In this document: positions 58,401-64,000 of the stretch, in pieces
Numbering within the stretch: position 1 is the first letter of the stretch
Layout: each line of letters opens with the position of its first letter
Source of the DNA: Chrysomallon squamiferum
Taxonomy: Eukaryota > Animalia > Mollusca
Direction: 5' to 3'
Length of the DNA stretch: 64,000 nucleotides
Assembly: GCA_012295275.1 (NCBI GenBank)
Contig: CM022667.1
Location: 6,386,001 to 6,450,000 of the forward strand
Translations under genes and position numbers: made by a program
The notes under the pieces: generated by a model
Databases searched by the model: none
What the model saw: the letters and a program-made list of their open reading frames with translations, nothing else
Told to the model about the DNA's origin: nothing

Positions 58401-60615
58401 TGCGCTACTTTCATAATTTTGTATTACAGTATCACATTTCTGCAAAATTAACAAGAATATGCAGTCCAAAGTAGAAGTTATTAAGTCTGGACATTGTTTC
58501 CTGCTCTGTCATTCCAACAACTGTACAATGAGGCTAATAGCTCGTCTCTGTAAGCTGTAATAGATTATGACATTTATTCTCTGTGGCTGTCTGTCTGACA
58601 TTGTATTTTTTATGTTAATTAACATCTTCTTTCCAGCTGGTGTATATGTACATTCTTCAATGTCATTAACGATGGATTTCAGAGTATTTAAGCAATTTGC
58701 GTAACTTTTATCAGACTTATCTCGCAATCCAAGTACCCACTCTTTTGCTTTATCATCCCTCACAGAACACATTTTGTGACTGTCACCATTCTTTCTACGT
58801 TCATCAGATAGTAAAGTTGTATTCATTTTATCAGACGATCCTTCAGAAATCTGCATATAAGAAACAGTTACTTGCTGATCAGCAATTTTATTAATGGTTG
58901 ACACTGAAGGTAGTTTGGTCAGCCACATAGATCACTACTTTGACAATATGGTGCACACCGACACCCTCAGCCAACAGATTCATACACAACAGACTGTCTC
59001 TAGTGTATAGGCATTCTTTTCCAATTCAATTGTGGTTATCACATTAGATTTGTCATCTTTCAGTAACTGTTCCATGCATGTTAAACTTTGCTTCAAAATA
59101 CAATGCTATGTGTTTCACATTCATGTACAGTGCTCATTGTTTCTTCTAACTTCTCATTCAGAGCCTTTTTTTCCTTTTCTGATGTAATGGCCATTTTTTC
59201 AAAATCTTTATCTCTTTCTTTAATGACTTGCATATTCATGTTACATATTTCATATTTCGTGGCATTTTTTTTTTTTTTTTGAATAACAGTTTTTTTGTTT
59301 ATCCTCAGTTCTTCATTTTTCTTTCTTAAAACTTCATTTGAAAATTTATTTTTTGCTTTTTAAGTTCCTGCACTATTTTGGAAAGAGTTTCTGCCTCTGC
59401 ATTTGTAGCAATTTTTTTTTTTACTGTATTTGAAGTTGCTGGCCTAATTACTGGTGATGATAACTTGAATTTAGATGGTGTATTCAGCATATTTTTCTTT
59501 TTCTGACCTTTAAGTCTGGCACATTTTTTTTCACTTCATATGCTTTTGTTCTTAAAATATTACTGGAACAGTTCATAGCTGAAGCTAAATCATTTATAGT
59601 ACAGCCTGTGCCTTTGTTTTTTGTTATTTTAAGATAATAATGAATCAACATTTCATTTGTGTTACTTGTTACCAAGTCAGGGTCAAGTTCACGTTTTAGT
59701 AAAATTTTTGCAGCATCCATGGCTTCTTGCAGATTAATATGTTTCATAGAAATTCCACAGGTATTAACTGTGTAGAATTGTAAACTTTTCTTATCTCCAG
59801 GAAATTCATCTACTTGAATGTGTACAACAATACATATTTTAATCCGTTTCCAGTAGAAGTTATAACAGATGTATACCCACAATGTACCTCACATCCACAG
59901 AATAAAAAAGAAAAAGAAAGTGGAAATAATTCAAAAACAGCAGATACCTGTCACTGACAGATGTAAAACAAAGATTATGAACAGCTGTGTGTTGCTTAAG
60001 ATTCAATGATGAACTAAAATAGATGTCATCTTATAACACTACTGGTTACAGATACAGGTAAATAATACACAAATGAAACTAAAGTACACTGCAGGTATAT
60101 AGAACAATTATGCATATCCCGATATGCAACATGGACAAAGAAAAACACATACTAATCTGTATTTTGATAATAGAAATAATAGATAAATAATATTTGAAAA
60201 ATACTACAGTACGGAATTTCAAACATGTATAAAGTTTGGCATGAAGACGAATTTACAGCAAAGCATAAATGAATGAATGAAGAAAATTAGATAGAAACCT
60301 TTTCCACCTTTGCAGTAATTATTATTCAGTAATAGACATCTATAGTTTCCATATGGCATTGATTTTATGATACAGTTCCCCAAAATACTTTTAATAATCA
60401 ACGTTCGATGCAGCCACCTTTGATTTCGATCGTAAGTTTCCGTGCGCGCTCGTAAACCGCCTGATCGGGGTTTTAAACTTCCACATTAAATTATTTAGCT
60501 TCCATTTTTCAGGACTTTTTATGATTTACACTGATAAATGTTAGGATGGTTGTTCATATTACCAAACCATGATGTCACGCGCCTCTTCTAACTACTTTTT
60601 TAACTTAATCAAACT
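55440..60615 (-). mobile_element. Decayed DDE DNA transposon (hAT-like catalytic layout) with C-terminal Spindlin-like Tudor domain
   Basis: Frameshifted minus-strand frames ~59880-56916 encode, in order, TTLLSDE, NTMSDR, FYFGLH (CxxH position, C mutated), GDEKNGC, RGNRFNNLF, PERVF...IMFSLNKTREWL, then the Tudor-like domain. Both ends are shared with 5237-6210. True termini and TIRs were not identified. Confidence 0.75.
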
Positions 60616-61177
60616 TTTCAAACTGGATTATTTTTGTGTAAATACGTGCAAAATAAACTGAAATTATAATGCGTAATAAGATTAATGTATTAACTTTCGT
60701 AGTTGTCAATGTTCCCCCTCTCAGAACCCAGCAGAAAAAAAACATTAAATCGACGAAATTTCTTGAGGCTTTTTTTTTTCGTGTTGTAATTTGTGCCGTT
60801 ACGAGTTATCGTTCCTGTTGGTCGATCCTACTAATGGCAAACTATCCGAGCCTTCTTCAACTCTTTGTATGTTATACGCTAGAATTGGGACATATGAAAA
60901 TATCATGCACTGTACAAGTTATTAAAATATAAACAACATGCACTGAATGATAATAATTTTATATGTTAGCGTTTCTTAATAATATAATTATTTCAAAAGC
61001 CTCATTCCTTTCTAGTTCAGTAGTTGTACACAATTCGGGGGTGACTTCATTCAGTAGGACATAGGAGTTACATGGAAGAAACCGACTTATTCGTTTTAAA
61101 CAAAATAAAACGATAATATATGCGTGTGAAACTGGTGACAAATGATAAAATGAATTTAGAATTTTTTTTATACATAC

Positions 61178-61235
61178 CTAGACAAAAATCAACAAGCAGA
61201 AGAAACGTCCACGGAAACATTAGCATAAACGCCAT
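61178..61235 (-). CDS. Gene A3 exon 1: signal peptide MAFMLMFPWTFLLLVDFCL(G)
   Basis: 58 nt, aaaATGG, phase-1 donor CTAG|gtatgt; homologous to the A1 and A2 leaders (F.W.FLL..D.CLG). Confidence 0.85.
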
Positions 61236-61620
61236 TTTCTATCAGACCATCTATTTCCTTACTTCGATGAGGCTATTTGGGCGAATATATTTTACAGAAC
61301 TGGTTTAGGTTTACAAGTGCAGAGAAGCGCGTGAAAGATAAACCAGTTTTGTTTAGTTTATAGTATAATACAGAATACAAATAAATACGCCGACAGGTAT
61401 TTGAAAATAACGAATTTAAGATTATTTTCCACGACTTTTATATTTCATAAAAATATATACAACAACAACAAAAAAGAATAATCATTATGTGCATAATTAT
61501 GGTTTGATGAATTTACATTTTGAAGTCTGGAAACGAATAACAGCAAGTAACTCCGATGACTACACTTGCGATAATTTACTTCCTGCATTTGTCGTGATTG
61601 TATTAAACAGATACGTGAGT
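61236..61620. promoter_or_regulatory. Putative bidirectional promoter between A3 (-) and B3 (+)
   Basis: AACTGGTTTAGGT at 61298-61310, GATAATTTACTTCCTGC at ~61570-61586 and plus-strand donor gtgagt at 61615-61620; an inverted homologue of the A1 and A2 upstream blocks. Confidence 0.6.
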
Positions 61621-61951
61621 TTGTTCTTTAAATTTAAAAATTCATTATATCATCCATATCATATTACTAGTAATAGGTATTATTTAACAGTACACAAACT
61701 GTACTGAAGTTATCAATAAAAATAAGTTCAGTCAATAAGAAAAATGTAGGTTAGGTTGGGTGACGTTTGTTAGATTAGATGATTAACAGTAAAATTTACT
61801 CTTACTTTGATAGAAAGTGGGTTGAGAGAGGGTTGCTGTGATCGTATGGTTGCAGTAAGACCAGTGCACAGAGGTAAGAATTCAAGATGGAAATGGCAGT
61901 AAGTTCAGTTTTTGTTATTTTCCAGATCTGACGAAATTGAGGGTCATCAAC

Positions 61952-61952
<1 letters not shown>

Positions 61953-62001
<49 letters not shown>

Positions 62002-62152
62002 CTCCCAAACAAAGTACCAGCTGGACACCCCCCTCATAAGCCACACACACACACACACACACACACATATTTCAAATGGAAATTACTGATTCCAGTTATC
62101 TGGACTGTTTATCACGTGTGTTATGGACTGCTAGATTTGTTGTCATTCCTAG

Positions 62153-62210
<58 letters not shown>
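61953..62210. repeat. (CA)n and (TG)n microsatellites facing each other
   Basis: (CA)n at ~61953-61999 and ~62042-62067; (TG)n at ~62157-62211. Confidence 0.95.
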
Positions 62211-62214
<4 letters not shown>

Positions 62215-62793
62215 TAGTAAAGGTAAACTATGACAAAGACAAGGAACACATTATTTTTCACCCTAATCAAGACCAACAACATTGCCATATTAGACTTTTA
62301 AGAAAAATATATTTTGTAGAAAAAAAACAAAAATTGTATACTGTGCAGTATCCTTTAACATGACAGAGGCCCTGCTACGCCACAATCAAAAGCTTTGACT
62401 AAAACATTTGGATAAACCAAAGTCAATTTCATTTGTATTCACATGCATGATAAAATGTTTGACAATTATTTAGTTTTCATTTGTTTATTTAATAATGGTT
62501 TATACAGTGACCATCACTATTATTATTATTATTATTATTATTATTTATTATTATTGCTGCTGTTGTTGTTTTAGCTTTTCTAAGTAGTAATAAATAAATC
62601 ATTGCTACTGTAACAATAATTTATTAGATATGTATGTTCTAAGCTTTATTCTGCATTTATGATAACATACAATATATATATATATTCCTTAACTGACATG
62701 AAAATGCCTCTCTATAAATATATATGTAATTAAATATATGCTTTTTTTGTTTTTTAATATACATTTTTTATATATTACATTTTATAGATTAAA

Positions 62794-62860
62794 ATGATTC
62801 AGAACATCATATCTACAGTTACTCTGGTCGTCTGTCTTGCTGCTGTTGACTTGATTAAAG
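62794..62860 (+). CDS. Gene B3 signal-peptide exon MIQNIISTVTLVVCLAAVDLIK(G); rest of gene outside the window
   Basis: Acceptor ttttatag at 62787, aaaATG, hydrophobic core, phase-1 donor AAG|gtaact. Confidence 0.7.
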
Positions 62861-64000
62861 GTAACTAAAGAGATATGTTTTATACAGAAAAAATGTGAAT
62901 ATATCATTATATATGTCACATTTTCATAACTAACAGTATCTTTCAGATATAGTGTATGTGTTTGAATCCCAAGTAAATTTAATTATCCAGAATTTAACAA
63001 CAATAATCGAACAAACATATAAGAACATTTAAACATTACCCAAATGCATAATGTTTAAGTAATAATAATAATTATAGTGTTTATTTAAAGAAAATGAAGT
63101 TTTATAATTATCTCTAAACCATAACAAATATTATTAAAAAACACTGTCATCATATATAACATTGTTACACAGCAAACAAGTAAAAAAGCTTAAACCAATG
63201 TGGGTAATTAGTTTTATAGTATTTTCTGTTAATTACATTTTTGTTATTAAATGTCCTAGTAATTGTTTTTCACTTAAAAAACACTTCCAACAACTTTTTT
63301 CAAATATTAATTCAGATAATTATATGGGTATGGGTGGGTGTCTAGTTGTGAATAGTTTGTAATATTTACTTTAATAATGATAAGTAATCAAGATTATATT
63401 AAGAAAATATCAGTTATAGTAGTTCTGAATTGTTTTCTTTCTTTTTGTTTTGTTTTTTGTTTTTTTGTTTTGTTTGTTTGTTGTAATTTTCTGCAAAATT
63501 GTTACAGATTTTTGAGTCCATGAAAGGAAAACTATTTACAACCACTTATACATAAGTGCCTCTTCAATAGTTGTGTCCTTGGTAATACACACAGTCTACA
63601 CTGACTAATGCAGTACTTTATTATCTAGGAAGTCAGACAAGAATATACGAAAATGGTGATCATTTAAAACTATTGATTGATGGTAAAAGAAGACTTTAGA
63701 TTTTAACCCTTGAAATGAAGTTGGCAACAAATTATTTTTATATATGAATTCTGATATTTAAAAAGTCCTCTAGATTAAAATCCCCCTAATTCAATCACTC
63801 TGTTTGATCAGAAGCCTTCTTGCCTGAAAGCCCTATATTGATAATAGGTAGTATTAAAAAATAAAAAAAATAAAAAAATAAAGAATCCTAGAGAAATAAA
63901 ATTAAGCCTTAGATAAAAACTCATATTTATATTCTGCTAATGAAAGTCCTGATATTTACTTTGGGGTACTGTTTGTATACATCAAAACATTCATATTATG

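Overview
AT-rich, intron-rich animal DNA (a mollusc is my guess from the Ig-domain style; the sequence alone cannot prove it). It consists of three contigs separated by two 200-N gaps (9749-9948, 38812-39011). The window holds a duplicated cluster of immunoglobulin-superfamily surface-receptor genes that the ORF track misses because the exons are small. Three paralogues of one family (A1 +, A2 +, A3 -) share a signal-peptide exon and an unusual four-Cys V-type Ig exon (342 nt in A2 and A3; cut by the gap in A1). A2 and A3 then carry a run of 24-nt phase-1 Ser/Thr-rich microexons, each sitting in a tandemly duplicated intronic module, and A2 has a transmembrane exon. Each A gene lies next to a conserved, apparently bidirectional promoter. 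For A2 this faces a decayed multi-Ig gene (B2, - strand), and for A3 another signal-peptide gene (B3, + strand). Mobile DNA includes a FLYWCH/MULE remnant, Sola-like elements with GGGTCATTCC termini, an RTE LINE fragment, and a decayed hAT-like DDE transposase ending in a Spindlin-like Tudor domain, with an internally deleted relative. The middle contig looks mis-oriented (1.6-kb terminal overlap with contig 3) and ends in a 4.5-kb-arm palindrome that may be an artefact. All similarity statements are by eye; no searches were run.
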